From IMG/VR virus record IMGVR_UViG_3300007616_000002, positions 1 through 64,000 of that record: a stretch of DNA of 64,000 nt. One strand, written 5' to 3'. The DNA is from a virus. The position numbers and the translations under genes are program-made. Below the pieces are notes generated by a model, which was given only the letters and a program-made list of their open reading frames with translations, ran no database searches and was not told where the DNA came from. The first letter of the stretch is position 1, and every line of letters starts with the position of its first letter. This document shows positions 47,896-58,228 of the stretch, piece after piece.

Positions 47896-50800
47896 ATGGG
47901 TATTCGAAACTTCGCCAACTTAGCTACTGAAAAAGAGCCGTTAAAGCTCACTACTGCGGAATATACTGTCGAAGACAGTGGGAGCGTTCGTGATGAGCCG
48001 ATTGTTCACCTCATCTGCCGACGCCCGAACGGGAAGCGTCGTCATATCGAGGTAGAGGGGTTTTACCCTTCGTTCTACATCACCGGAGAAGAGTTCCTTG
48101 AGAACAAGACTGAACTCATCAACGAAGGACGTATTCGGTGGATGGAAGTTCCTGAGTCGATGGTCAACAAAGAGGACGACAGGGAACTCTTTTTCCAAGA
48201 TTCCGTTCGGATGATGGACGACGGGAATGAAGTGCAAACGCTTCACGACGAGAAGCTGGTAAAGATTGTCTGCGGCATCCCCAAGCATACCTCTAACCGA
48301 AAGAACGGTGGACTGTCGGACTACTTCGACCAGACGTGGGAATCTGACGTGTTCTTCACCCAGCGTTTTCTTATCGACACCGGAGTCAAGACGGGATTCC
48401 GCGCCCCCGTTGGTGAGGACCGAGTTCACTTCTCCGAGCTTGAGCCGCTCAGCCCGGAAGAGACACCCAACGTCGAGTCACGAACAATATATCTTGACAT
48501 TGAGGTGTATAGCGATGGGGAGTTTCCGGACCCGACGGAAGCTGAACAACCCGTCACGTCTATCTCTGCTTACGACAGCTACGATGACGAGTACAAGGCG
48601 TGGATTCTGCATACTGAAGAGTGGGCAAACACAGTGCCGGGCGGCTACGGAGGCAGTGAAGAAGACTTCGAAAAGATGGAGGACCACTTCGAAGAGCAGT
48701 ACGACGAGCGGTGGCCGGGGACGGAGGTGCGTGTGTTTGCCGATGAATCATACCTGTTAGACGACTTTCACGAGTATGTCATAGACCGCCGTCCCGACAT
48801 TATGACGGGCTGGAACGCGCACAAGAACGATATTGGGAACGGGTTCGATTTCCCCTACCTCATCAACCGTAGCAAGGCTGTGAACGCGTGGAACGTGAAC
48901 GACTGGTCTCCCCTTCACAACGGCAATGTCTTCGTCACACGGGCTGGGAGCGCCGTCGTAGAGGGGATAGAACTCTTCGACATGCTCCGGGCCTACGAGA
49001 AGACACAAATCCACGAGCTTGACCAGAAATCACTCGACTACGTTGCCAACAAAGAACTCGGGATGGGGAAAGAGGATATAGACGACCTCAACGACGCATG
49101 GGCGTGGGAGCCCACCAAATTCCTGATGTACAACATTAGGGACACCGAGGCAGTCGTTGAGATTGAAGAATCGCAGTCGGTCATCTCGATGTACGACCAC
49201 CTTCGTGACGTGACCGGGCAGTTGTACTCCGAGTGTCACCACAACATCTCGATGATTGACATGTTGTTCCTGCGTGACGCCTTCGAGAAGAACATCGCTC
49301 TGCCGACCTCAGAGAAGCCCAACGTGCGTCATTATCACGGAGCAAAAGTGTTCACGCCCAGCCCCGGTCGCTCCGAGAACGTCTTCTACCCCGACTTGGC
49401 GAGCCTGTACCCCAACCTCTTCTGGGCGACAAACATGTCCCCCGAGACTGTCATCGGCAACTACGAGGACTTACAGGCGTCCGACTACGCCGAGGAGGAC
49501 TGTTTCGTCGTCTACTGGGACCCCAGAGACGAGGAAATGAAGAAGGACGACGACACGCCTGACTATGTTGCTGACCAGCACGACGAGGCGCTCTACGTCA
49601 TCAAGCCCGACATTAAGAAAGGGTTCGTGCGCGACAGCATCGGCAGTCTTATTGATATGAAGTATTTATATAAAGGCACTGACAAATATGGTGCTGTTAA
49701 GCGCGTGACTAACTCTTGCTTCACCCCCGATACTGAAGTCATGACCCCTGACGGTGTTCGGAATATTCGTGACCTTGACGTTGGTGATAAGGTGTACTCA
49801 CTAAATCCCGACACCCATCAGATGGAGGTCAAACAAGTTACTGAACTCATCGAAAAGCCCGATTACGACGACGAGTTAGTCACCATTCAGAATAACACTA
49901 TCGACCTGAAGGTAACTCCTGACCACCGCCTCTATACCAAGCGACAGCGCCACAGCGACGAGTTTGAGGCAGTCGATGCTGGAGGCCTCAACAGTTGGAC
50001 GAGCTATGAGATGGCTACTGACTGGTCTGTGCGGGAGAGTGGTGGTGTTGGTCGGATTGACCTTGCTGAGTACGTTAACTCGGACTTCGAAGTGACCGAG
50101 ACGGATGGTGTTGAGTACATTCGCAACGCAGAGACGATTAATGGTCGCCCCGGATGGGTCAAGCGGTATTACTCCGAGGAAGAGATGGCCAAGTTGGTTG
50201 GCTGGTTCGCAACTGAAGGACATTCGGTCGTTAGCTCAAGTTCGAGAGTCGCTATCAGCCAAAAAACCCCTGAACATTTCGAAGAGGTGGAGGAGTGCCT
50301 CTCGTCTACGGGACGATACGTCTCTAAAGACGCGAATGGGTTCAATGTGCACAATCGCCTTCTCGCTGAAGCCACAAGGAACATGTGCGGCGAATCCTCG
50401 TCAGAGAAGAAGCTCCCCGAGTGGGTGTTTGAGACAAAAGCATCGACGCGGAAAGAGCTTCGTAGCGTCCTCATGAAAGGAGACGGAGACTCGGACGCTA
50501 ACCGATTCAGCACCCAGTCCAAGAAGCTCCGTGACCAGTTCCTCCAACTCTGTTGGGAACTGGGTGACCCCGCGCAGTACAATCGTGATAGCGACGTATG
50601 GTGCGTTTACTTTGGCGAAAAGAGCCAGTCGTTCCGCATGAATCGGTCGGGTAACCGTGAGGGAGACGGTAACACCGAACAGGCCGAAAACGGCGTCTAT
50701 TGTGTGCAAGTCGAGGATAACCATATGCTCGTGGCAGGTCGGAACGGGAAATTTGTCAACATTTTTAATTGTTACGGCGTAATGGGCGACTCAGACACAT

Positions 50801-51912
50801 ACGGGAAAGGTTTCCGACTCTTCGACGTTCGTATTGCAGAAGCTATCACGCTCGCTGGCAGAAAGGTGCTGGAGTTCACCGCGAAGCAGATTCGCAACTG
50901 GCTCCAGAATAACGGCTTCCCCGAGGCCGAGATTGTCGGCGGCGACACGGACTCTGCGATGTGTTCTGTCCCCGGCTACGACATAGACCCCGAAGATATT
51001 TGGGCCGACTTCGTGCGTCACCAGAACGGAGAGCCTGTGCAGACACCCATCTTCAAGTCCGCAAAGTATGCCAACGACTCCTACGACGAGTTCATGGCAG
51101 AGACGTTTAACATCGAGAAGTCTGAGGGCTACGAGCACAAGATGGAAGTCGAAGTCGAGTGTGTGGCCGACGCGCTCTTCTTCAAGAGCGATTACGACGC
51201 CGACAACCCTGAAGAAGTCGGCAAGAAGAAAAGATACTCGCAAACTGTTGTCGTAGATGAGGATGATGGAATTATCGAGAACCCCGAGGCAGAGCACACT
51301 GGGTGGGACCTCGTTCGTTCTGATGCCTCTGGTGTCACCAAATGGGCCCAAGGACAGGTTCTCACTCTCATCCTGAAATCGGATACACCGAAGGATGACA
51401 CGCTAGACTTCCTTGAAGAATCTGTCAATTATCTTAAGAACGGTGACCTCGACGGACTTTCCGAAATGGCAGGCAGAGAGTTCACGATGGAGGATGTGGG
51501 CATACCGAAGTCTATCTCGTCGGCCCCGCCCGAAGAGTATGGTGTCGATGATGAGACGGGAGAAAACACACGTACTCCGCACCCCCACATCCGTGGAGCG
51601 AAGTACGCAACCCAGAACATCCCTGACGAGAGCATCGAGCAGGGGGCGAAGCCGTACCTCTACCATGTCGAACGGATGGGTGGTGACTATCCCCAGACCT
51701 ACACTGCCGACACACTCGAAGACGGGAACATCGTGGACGCCATCGCGGTCGAGAACCCGAGCAACATACCGAACGAGGCTCGTATGGACTGGGACGTGAT
51801 GGTCGAGAAACTGCTCAAAAATCCGATAAACGAGATTATCATGACGATGGGGTGGACTTGGGAAGACGTAACAAACGAAGGACGGCAAGCAGGACTGGAC
51901 GCATGGGCATAG
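47896..51912 (+). CDS. polB: family B DNA polymerase with intein
   Basis: Exo DIE, GWN..FDFPYL, YNIRD; DLASLYPN, KRVTNS/CYG, GDTDS, KKRY. Confidence 0.96.
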   Translation: MGIRNFANLATEKEPLKLTTAEYTVEDSGSVRDEPIVHLICRRPNGKRRHIEVEGFYPSFYITGEEFLENKTELINEGRIRWMEVPESMVNKEDDRELFFQDSVRMMDDGNEVQTLHDEKLVKIVCGIPKHTSNRKNGGLSDYFDQTWESDVFFTQRFLIDTGVKTGFRAPVGEDRVHFSELEPLSPEETPNVESRTIYLDIEVYSDGEFPDPTEAEQPVTSISAYDSYDDEYKAWILHTEEWANTVPGGYGGSEEDFEKMEDHFEEQYDERWPGTEVRVFADESYLLDDFHEYVIDRRPDIMTGWNAHKNDIGNGFDFPYLINRSKAVNAWNVNDWSPLHNGNVFVTRAGSAVVEGIELFDMLRAYEKTQIHELDQKSLDYVANKELGMGKEDIDDLNDAWAWEPTKFLMYNIRDTEAVVEIEESQSVISMYDHLRDVTGQLYSECHHNISMIDMLFLRDAFEKNIALPTSEKPNVRHYHGAKVFTPSPGRSENVFYPDLASLYPNLFWATNMSPETVIGNYEDLQASDYAEEDCFVVYWDPRDEEMKKDDDTPDYVADQHDEALYVIKPDIKKGFVRDSIGSLIDMKYLYKGTDKYGAVKRVTNSCFTPDTEVMTPDGVRNIRDLDVGDKVYSLNPDTHQMEVKQVTELIEKPDYDDELVTIQNNTIDLKVTPDHRLYTKRQRHSDEFEAVDAGGLNSWTSYEMATDWSVRESGGVGRIDLAEYVNSDFEVTETDGVEYIRNAETINGRPGWVKRYYSEEEMAKLVGWFATEGHSVVSSSSRVAISQKTPEHFEEVEECLSSTGRYVSKDANGFNVHNRLLAEATRNMCGESSSEKKLPEWVFETKASTRKELRSVLMKGDGDSDANRFSTQSKKLRDQFLQLCWELGDPAQYNRDSDVWCVYFGEKSQSFRMNRSGNREGDGNTEQAENGVYCVQVEDNHMLVAGRNGKFVNIFNCYGVMGDSDTYGKGFRLFDVRIAEAITLAGRKVLEFTAKQIRNWLQNNGFPEAEIVGGDTDSAMCSVPGYDIDPEDIWADFVRHQNGEPVQTPIFKSAKYANDSYDEFMAETFNIEKSEGYEHKMEVEVECVADALFFKSDYDADNPEEVGKKKRYSQTVVVDEDDGIIENPEAEHTGWDLVRSDASGVTKWAQGQVLTLILKSDTPKDDTLDFLEESVNYLKNGDLDGLSEMAGREFTMEDVGIPKSISSAPPEEYGVDDETGENTRTPHPHIRGAKYATQNIPDESIEQGAKPYLYHVERMGGDYPQTYTADTLEDGNIVDAIAVENPSNIPNEARMDWDVMVEKLLKNPINEIIMTMGWTWEDVTNEGRQAGLDAWA
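49717..50769 (+). mobile_element. intein (351 aa) with LAGLIDADG endonuclease in PolB motif KxxxNSxYG
   Basis: CFTPDT start, VTPDH block B, GWFATEG and MKGDG, VYCVQVEDNH, ends IFN|C. Confidence 0.93.
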
Positions 51913-51963
51913 CGTAGCACACTGTGTTTACCTACTTTGTTAACCGAAACACTTAAGTGCTAC

Positions 51964-52206
51964 CCGAGCAAACTTTTGGGTGTAATGGAATACGACCGTA
52001 CCCAAGTTCAACTTTTGTTTCAAGATTATGGGGAACTCATGTTCGTTCTCGAATCCGACCGCGAATACGAACTTCACACTGGCAATGTAGAGTTCGAGGA
52101 CGAGCAGATGGTTGCAAAGGGGTTCAACGAATCCACTGGAGAATACGAGAAAGTCTGGATTCCCTACGACACTATCGAGCATGTAAAGACTCACGAGGCA
52201 CTGTAA
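51964..52206 (+). CDS. hypothetical protein (Sm-like fold possible)
   Basis: Leaderless ATG after promoter; YELH...WIPYDTIEH. Confidence 0.55.
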   Translation, partial: PSKLLGVMEYDRTQVQLLFQDYGELMFVLESDREYELHTGNVEFEDEQMVAKGFNESTGEYEKVWIPYDTIEHVKTHEAL

Positions 52207-53152
52207 CGCGCAAAAAATTTTATCATGGCCTGTGGTACTGCCTCTCATGAGTCGCCCTCCCGGTTCAACTCCGAAGAGCGACGCCTAACTACAGATATTC
52301 TACACATGTTACACAAAGACCCGGTGGCGCTGAACGACTCGCTTATCGAAGTAGACGGTGAAAAACTCGAATACGAGAGTCTGTCCTTCTGGAGCGATAC
52401 GTTTCGGAATGCAGACCTTCTACAGTATCAAGAGAGTGATGTACGTCTTATGCCTACTAACACTCCTGAAACGACAACGTTCGAGATTACAGTAACCGTA
52501 GCTGACGTACCGGAGTATCTTGAAACGTTCTGGGAGACAGGAGAAAGGTTTTCAATATACGTTGAAAACGAGTACTTTGACCTCTCCGTGGATAACGCCC
52601 GGATAGAGGGGCTCGATGACGGAACTGTAACAATCGTCGCAAACGTTCGCTGGAGGGCTATGAGTAGTGTCTGTTAGAGCATCTTCTGCTTCGCGGATGG
52701 ATTTGTACCAAGTCGAGGTTGATGGGTTTCCGTTCTTCGCTGAGCAGTTCGAATGTTCGAGAGAGGTTGAAACCACACATGCTGGAGTCGGTAATGGCGG
52801 AATGGCACAAGGAGCTATGGTGAACCAGACCTCTGTAACCGGAAAAGTTGTTTTTGAAGGCCAATTTATACACGAAGAACTCAATAATATATTTTTCTCC
52901 AACAAGACGCCGGAACCAGTCGAAGTTGAAGTAAAGTCATTGTTCGCGGATGAAAATCATGCCACATTTATGGAGGCGATGGCAACTTCAATACACCAGA
53001 CTGCTGAGTCGGGAAGTAACAAAGTAGAAGTAGATATAGTCTCTAAAGATGTTACGCAATTGACGTAACTTTTAGCGAAAGATTTAAGTCCCCCCGGACT
53101 CAATTCTTGAGTACGTTATGGTACTTACGTCTTTTGGTTTAGGGTGGTCTCC

Positions 53153-53737
53153 ATGAGCCGTCAGAAACGTGGGTTAGATTACGAACATAAGTTGGCGGCT
53201 GGTATTTTCGAACTGAGCGAAGGAAAAATAATTCCGATACGCTCGGGGTATTCTGGAAACCAATCAGTTCCCTCACCAGACCTTCTTATCCCGTTTGGTG
53301 GAGCACTGGCCGCAGTAGAGGCCAAGACAACTTCTTCTGACACGTCTCTGATAATCGAGCCTGAGGACATTGAGGATATTGCGTTCTGGGCCCTGCGTAT
53401 GTCGGAGGTTCCGACGTATCCGTATCTTGCAATCAAGTTCAACCGACGTGTTGTGTATGTCACACGTCTCACTCGTGTGAGTAACACGAAAAAGTGCTTC
53501 GAGAAAGAGGTTGAGAAGTGCCCGTTTGACGCGACTGTGACGAAGACTGGAAACTTGAGCTTCAGAAAACCGGACACAGATGAGTGGTCCTCGGTGAAGG
53601 GTGCTGACGGACCTAACGGGAAGAAAGACGCCCATATGGTCCTTGAGTCACTCCGTGACGACCAGTTCGAACACCCGTCTGTGATAGAGGTACTGAATCA
53701 GAAAGAAGAGTACTTCGAACAGTTCGGTGACGATTAA
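53153..53737 (+). CDS. hjc: archaeal-type Holliday junction resolvase
   Basis: GLDYEHKL, RSGYSG, PDLL, AVEAKT, AIKF. Confidence 0.85.
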   Translation: MSRQKRGLDYEHKLAAGIFELSEGKIIPIRSGYSGNQSVPSPDLLIPFGGALAAVEAKTTSSDTSLIIEPEDIEDIAFWALRMSEVPTYPYLAIKFNRRVVYVTRLTRVSNTKKCFEKEVEKCPFDATVTKTGNLSFRKPDTDEWSSVKGADGPNGKKDAHMVLESLRDDQFEHPSVIEVLNQKEEYFEQFGDD

Positions 53738-53742
53738 TTTCG

Positions 53743-54132
53743 ATGACAACGGCTATCGATTTCGAGATGCTCCTCGATGCGCTTGACCAGAACGCAGAGG
53801 GGTATGTTTACGTCATCAAGCTCCGTCGCTCTGACGACAAACTATACTACTATATTGGAAGTGTCACATCTGGTCTCGATGGACTAAAAAAGCGAATCCA
53901 GTCCCACTGCCGACTCAACGGTGAGTGCTCTGCCCCAGTCCGAGTAAACGGAACTGAAGTACTTCTGGGAAAGCGAGACGATGTTCGCAAGGGAGAATAC
54001 GAGTTTGTCTCCGTCGAAGAAATAGAACCCGTCTACACATCTAGAGACCGTCACATCCGGGAACTGGAGCGTCAGAAGTCGATGGACGTGGCGTTTGAAC
54101 ACGGAACGAAGAACGTCCTCGGCGGTAAGTGA
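53743..54132 (+). CDS. GIY-YIG nuclease-like protein
   Basis: GYVYVI...YYIGS...KRIQSH...ELE...NVLGG. Confidence 0.75.
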   Translation: MTTAIDFEMLLDALDQNAEGYVYVIKLRRSDDKLYYYIGSVTSGLDGLKKRIQSHCRLNGECSAPVRVNGTEVLLGKRDDVRKGEYEFVSVEEIEPVYTSRDRHIRELERQKSMDVAFEHGTKNVLGGK

Positions 54133-54357
54133 CGAGAGCGAAACTCTTTTATATAACACCCTTCTACCTCAAATCGCCGTGGCAACCCCGCGGTGAAATG
54201 GGTAGGTTCTTGCACTGCCACTCCATTTCGTTACAAACGGCCTGAGCCGCCGCTGAGCGGTTTTCTCTTCACCGAGATGGATACCCCTCGTTAACTGAAA
54301 ATGCTCGTCAGGAGCCGCTCCTCGGCCTGAGATAGCGCCACAACAGAAATACACCTT

Positions 54358-54672
54358 TCATCCGTCGAGTAACTCGTCCTCTGTGTACTCGTAAGCTTGC
54401 TCAAACCCACCGGGTAAAATCGGCTTGTTCGAGTGGGCGTATCTGTGCTTTTCCGAGCCACAGAACCTGTTTTCGTAGAAGTCAGTAGAAATTTCATCAG
54501 TTGGGTCACGGTCGGCGCTAAGCGCGTGTTTATCCTCTCCCCGAAAAACGCGATAACATACGTCGCAGACTAACTCGTGTGTGTTGACCCATAAATCACC
54601 TTCTTCACAGTTTGGACATTCGCCCTCAGTTACGTCGTAGTTGTCGTCCTTGAGACTCATGGTCACTGCCAT
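54358..54672 (-). CDS. TFIIB-type Zn-ribbon small protein
   Basis: CPNC...ELVCDVC. Confidence 0.6.
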   Translation of the reverse strand: MAVTMSLKDDNYDVTEGECPNCEEGDLWVNTHELVCDVCYRVFRGEDKHALSADRDPTDEISTDFYENRFCGSEKHRYAHSNKPILPGGFEQAYEYTEDELLDG

Positions 54673-55415
54673 TATGCATCGTCCACACCAGCTTCAACGA
54701 TTGATTCGAGGTCCTCGTTCATCCCTTCACGCAGGTCTGCGAACTCTTCGAACATTTCTTCGGGAGTCTCGAACCACTCGGGTGAGCTACTGACTTCCCA
54801 CGTCTCTGAGTCTGGGTGCATCTTGATGACTTGACACTGGTCAATCTCGATATTGACAGCGTTCTTGTACGCAGTCAACTGCATTTTATGCTTGTCGTAG
54901 ACCCGCTTGCTAGTCTTTAAATCTGCCAGTGTCACCTTTCCGTCCTTGTCGATGTAGAGCATGTCAAATTGACCTGCATATCCAAGGCTCGTATTCTGGA
55001 CGAAGCATTCAACGTCGAGAACAGAGTCATGGTTGATGCCATGTTTTGCCTTAATCTCTTCCCACGCTTCTTGTGCCCAGAATAGATTCGCTCGGTATTC
55101 TTGCCATGAACCGTAGTCTGTTCCTTTTTTGAGTTCCTGTTCAGCTTCCTCCTCGTTGTGGCCCCCAATATCTTCCTCGGCAAATGGGTCCAGAAGATGA
55201 TAGTGAATAAGGGTACCACGGTAACTTTTAAAATTCAAAATATTCCTCCAATGTGGTCGTCCGCCAGTTCCGTCGTTCCACTGCTTCCATTTCTTTAGCC
55301 CTTCAGGTGTCGGCTTAGTATCAAGTACTGTCGTAACAGATGGGAGGTACATTTCGTGTTCATCAGAAAAATAAACACGACCAACTCCCTCTAGTGTTCT
55401 TCGTTCTAGTCCCAT
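54672..55415 (-). CDS. PD-(D/E)XK exonuclease (phage/Cas4-like)
   Basis: PSVTTVL, RGTLIH, YAGQFD, LADLKTS, QLTAY. Confidence 0.88.
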   Translation of the reverse strand: MGLERRTLEGVGRVYFSDEHEMYLPSVTTVLDTKPTPEGLKKWKQWNDGTGGRPHWRNILNFKSYRGTLIHYHLLDPFAEEDIGGHNEEEAEQELKKGTDYGSWQEYRANLFWAQEAWEEIKAKHGINHDSVLDVECFVQNTSLGYAGQFDMLYIDKDGKVTLADLKTSKRVYDKHKMQLTAYKNAVNIEIDQCQVIKMHPDSETWEVSSSPEWFETPEEMFEEFADLREGMNEDLESIVEAGVDDA

Positions 55416-55469
55416 TTATGAGCGAAAGTTGAGTCGGGTGATACTTAAGTCTTTCGGTAAAGTAATATT

Positions 55470-56129
55470 TTACTCAGCCGGATGTGCGGGACACTCCATT
55501 CTCTCATTTGATTCGGCTTTAATATGACAAGATTGGCATAGTACTACTATATTTAGTTGGAAGTTAGAATCTTCAACGGTGAAATATTCACTCTGTATAA
55601 ATGCTCTTCTGGGCAAGATGTGATGAGCGGAGAGCCTTCTACCGTTTTCCTCTTCTGTTTTCCCGAAGATTTCACACTCTCCTCCGGCACGCTCCCATGC
55701 TTCTTTTCGAACATTTATCCAATTTGACCCAAATTGACGATATTTACCATTTCGGTAATTAGGGTTGTCCTCACCGGACCACTTCCTTGCCCTCCAATCT
55801 GATGTACATTTTGTACTGCAAAATTGGCGCTCTTGGTCCTTTGTCCGAGACTTCATTTGTTCAAACTCTGTTTCACATTTTTCACAAGTTACCATGACTC
55901 GGTTATCGGACTCTCTGTATTTTGCTGAACAAGACCTATCACAAAATTTTTTCTTTTCTGAAGGTCTATACGATATTTCATTTCCACAGTATTTACAATT
56001 ATCTTTTATTAAATTCTTTTGAAATTCATCATGGCATTCTTTACTGCAAAAAAGGTTATTTGAGCGATTTAACTCATTTGGCTCACGATGTATTCCTTTA
56101 GAGCAGTGAGAACAATTAGCTTTGACCAT
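55470..56129 (-). CDS. free-standing HNH endonuclease with Zn-finger repeats
   Basis: Repeated CxxC..FCS..C; SAHHILP...NIVVLCQSCH; AT-rich. Confidence 0.85.
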   Translation of the reverse strand: MVKANCSHCSKGIHREPNELNRSNNLFCSKECHDEFQKNLIKDNCKYCGNEISYRPSEKKKFCDRSCSAKYRESDNRVMVTCEKCETEFEQMKSRTKDQERQFCSTKCTSDWRARKWSGEDNPNYRNGKYRQFGSNWINVRKEAWERAGGECEIFGKTEEENGRRLSAHHILPRRAFIQSEYFTVEDSNFQLNIVVLCQSCHIKAESNERMECPAHPAE

Positions 56130-56231
56130 ATTAAGCAATTCTTTTTATAACATATAAATCTTTCGCCTGAGTACGCTCCTTGGTAAAAAGTTACCGAAAC
56201 GTTTAAGTACTGCCCGGTACAAAAGGGGTAT

Positions 56232-56966
56232 ATGACGAACCTAACTGACATTACTGGCGTGAGCGAGTCTCGCGCTGATGACCTTCGTGAAGAAGACTTT
56301 GTGACCGTAGACGACGTTGCTAACGCAACTGAGAGTGAGCTTACTGAAGTCTCCGGAATCGGTGGCGCGACTGCCCCTGACCTCATTCAAAGTGCCCGAG
56401 ATGTTATTCGTGGTACTGTTGATGATGAAGTTGAGGAAGAAGAAACAAACACAGATGGCGATGCTGAGCCTGAAGAAGAGACTGAGGAAGAGTTCCCCGA
56501 CATAGATTCGACTACTGAGGAAGAAGAAGTGACTGTCGAAGACCTCGAAGAAGTTAATGGAGAAGAGCCGGAAAACGAGCCGGACGACGAACTGTCTGTT
56601 GAAAGTGACGACGGTGAACCTGAGAACGTGGATGTGACTCCCGAAAAGTACGATGTATCAATCGAACTGAAGAACGAAGAACAGTTCGACTATGTACTGT
56701 ATGCGCTCATTGACATGCGACTTGGCCGACTCAACGTCACCTACGAGCAGGAATCTATTTCAGTCGAACTACTAAACGAGTTCCGACCGCTGGGTGGCGC
56801 TGGGAGTGTCACTATCAGTCTAACAAGTGCAGAACTAAACGCACTTCACGCACTCCTAACACAGACTGCAACAGCGTATCAGGGTGAGAGTGCTGTCGAG
56901 GCGTTCAATGCAGTCCGAGAAGTAAAAAATCAGGTTCAGGATGCCCGTGAAGAGTACCTTCTCTAA
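56232..56966 (+). CDS. helix-hairpin-helix protein with acidic linker
   Basis: LTDITGVSESRA...LTEVSGIGGATA. Confidence 0.75.
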   Translation: MTNLTDITGVSESRADDLREEDFVTVDDVANATESELTEVSGIGGATAPDLIQSARDVIRGTVDDEVEEEETNTDGDAEPEEETEEEFPDIDSTTEEEEVTVEDLEEVNGEEPENEPDDELSVESDDGEPENVDVTPEKYDVSIELKNEEQFDYVLYALIDMRLGRLNVTYEQESISVELLNEFRPLGGAGSVTISLTSAELNALHALLTQTATAYQGESAVEAFNAVREVKNQVQDAREEYLL

Positions 56967-56969
56967 AGG

Positions 56970-57317
56970 TTAATCTTCACCAAACCGTTCGAGAATATCT
57001 TCTATTTTCCGCTCGACCTCTAAAATACGCTCTTTAAGGTCCTCTCGTTCTACAGAAGAGTCATCCATGTCGTCTTGTAACTCTTCTACTTCTTTTTTCA
57101 GTTCCGATACTTCTTTAACGAGTCCAACGTGGAGGGGATTGTTTTCCTTTCCGAAGATGGCGGCCTCTTTTTGCCCTTGTCCTTCTTCAAGCTCTTTGAG
57201 GCGGCTGTGGGTATTATAAAGTACCCAGAAGAGAGCACCACCGATTGTGCTAACCACAAGGGAAATTGCCGCCAACGCCGCATGAACAGCACTCCACGAA
57301 AAGAGTGGTACCAACAT
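56970..57317 (-). CDS. membrane-anchored coiled-coil protein
   Basis: N-terminal TM plus heptad repeats. Confidence 0.7.
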   Translation of the reverse strand: MLVPLFSWSAVHAALAAISLVVSTIGGALFWVLYNTHSRLKELEEGQGQKEAAIFGKENNPLHVGLVKEVSELKKEVEELQDDMDDSSVEREDLKERILEVERKIEDILERFGED

Positions 57318-57375
57318 ATCAGTAAATTAGTTTTTCGACCAGAAACCGCAACTGTGTTTGATTTTTCTTGCGATA

Positions 57376-57651
57376 CTATTTACCTGAGTTTCTGTACGCT
57401 TCGAGTGTGTCTGTTCCCCAGAGCCATGTAGCGGCCATGCCAACGACGAGGGCAACGAGAGCGAACCACTGTTGTGTAATCAGCGATAGGCTAAGAACAC
57501 CTGCGGCTCCCAGACCGACGATGAGCATAAATCCAATGAGAACTGCTGTCGTGATAGCTGATGAAAGATATGTCCATCGTGTATCTGTATTTGTTGTTGT
57601 TGCGTCAAGGTCTATGCTTTCTTGGTCTTGCTTTTCACTTTCTGTGTCCAT
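57376..57651 (-). CDS. two-TM membrane protein (holin-like candidate)
   Basis: Two TM segments; located at the end of the tail operon. Confidence 0.55.
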   Translation of the reverse strand: MDTESEKQDQESIDLDATTTNTDTRWTYLSSAITTAVLIGFMLIVGLGAAGVLSLSLITQQWFALVALVVGMAATWLWGTDTLEAYRNSGK

Positions 57652-57744
57652 ATTTCTAACTACTGTATCCCTCCTTGATTGAGATACTCATCGCTCACGT
57701 AAGGTGGTAAGCAGAGTCCGCCTTTAAAAAGTCTCAGCGGTTAT

Positions 57745-58224
57745 TTACTTCGTCACGTTCGACATATTCTTGCTTTCATCTATGTCAAACGTATTCTTTG
57801 CCCACTCTTTACCTTTCTGTGGGTTCCAGTCAACGCCGTTGTAATGGTCTCTGGGACGAACCCACGGATTCAACTCGTAGTGGGCCCAGACAGCTACACC
57901 ATCTTCATGCGGCCAGAGACGGACGTGATACTGGTACTCTCCAAAGAACCCGTTCGGGACATACGCATAGCTTGCACGCTCATAGACGCGCTCACCGTCC
58001 TGTGTCTCTCTCCACTTGAGTGCGGCGAGGTTCCGAGAGTAGACGTTCTCCATCGACTGAAGCTCTTCAACTACGTCTGCAACGGTTCGGTCAACAATTA
58101 CCCCTGTATAGGTTCGGTTTTGTCCCTTTTTGGAGAACATAATATCTTTTCCGAACCAAGATTCTTCATTTTGTTCAAATATTGGTACTACAATCCGACG
58201 GAAGGTATTAAGGTCAGGGTACAT
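57745..58224 (-). CDS. hypothetical viral protein
   Basis: QYHVRLW...WAHYELNPW..P..HY. Confidence 0.65.
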   Translation of the reverse strand: MYPDLNTFRRIVVPIFEQNEESWFGKDIMFSKKGQNRTYTGVIVDRTVADVVEELQSMENVYSRNLAALKWRETQDGERVYERASYAYVPNGFFGEYQYHVRLWPHEDGVAVWAHYELNPWVRPRDHYNGVDWNPQKGKEWAKNTFDIDESKNMSNVTK

Positions 58225-58228
58225 GCTT

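Noticed and set aside
54255-54322. Hammerhead ribozyme (CTGACGA...GAAA on the minus strand)
   Set aside because: No stem I between the putative cleavage triplet and CUGA
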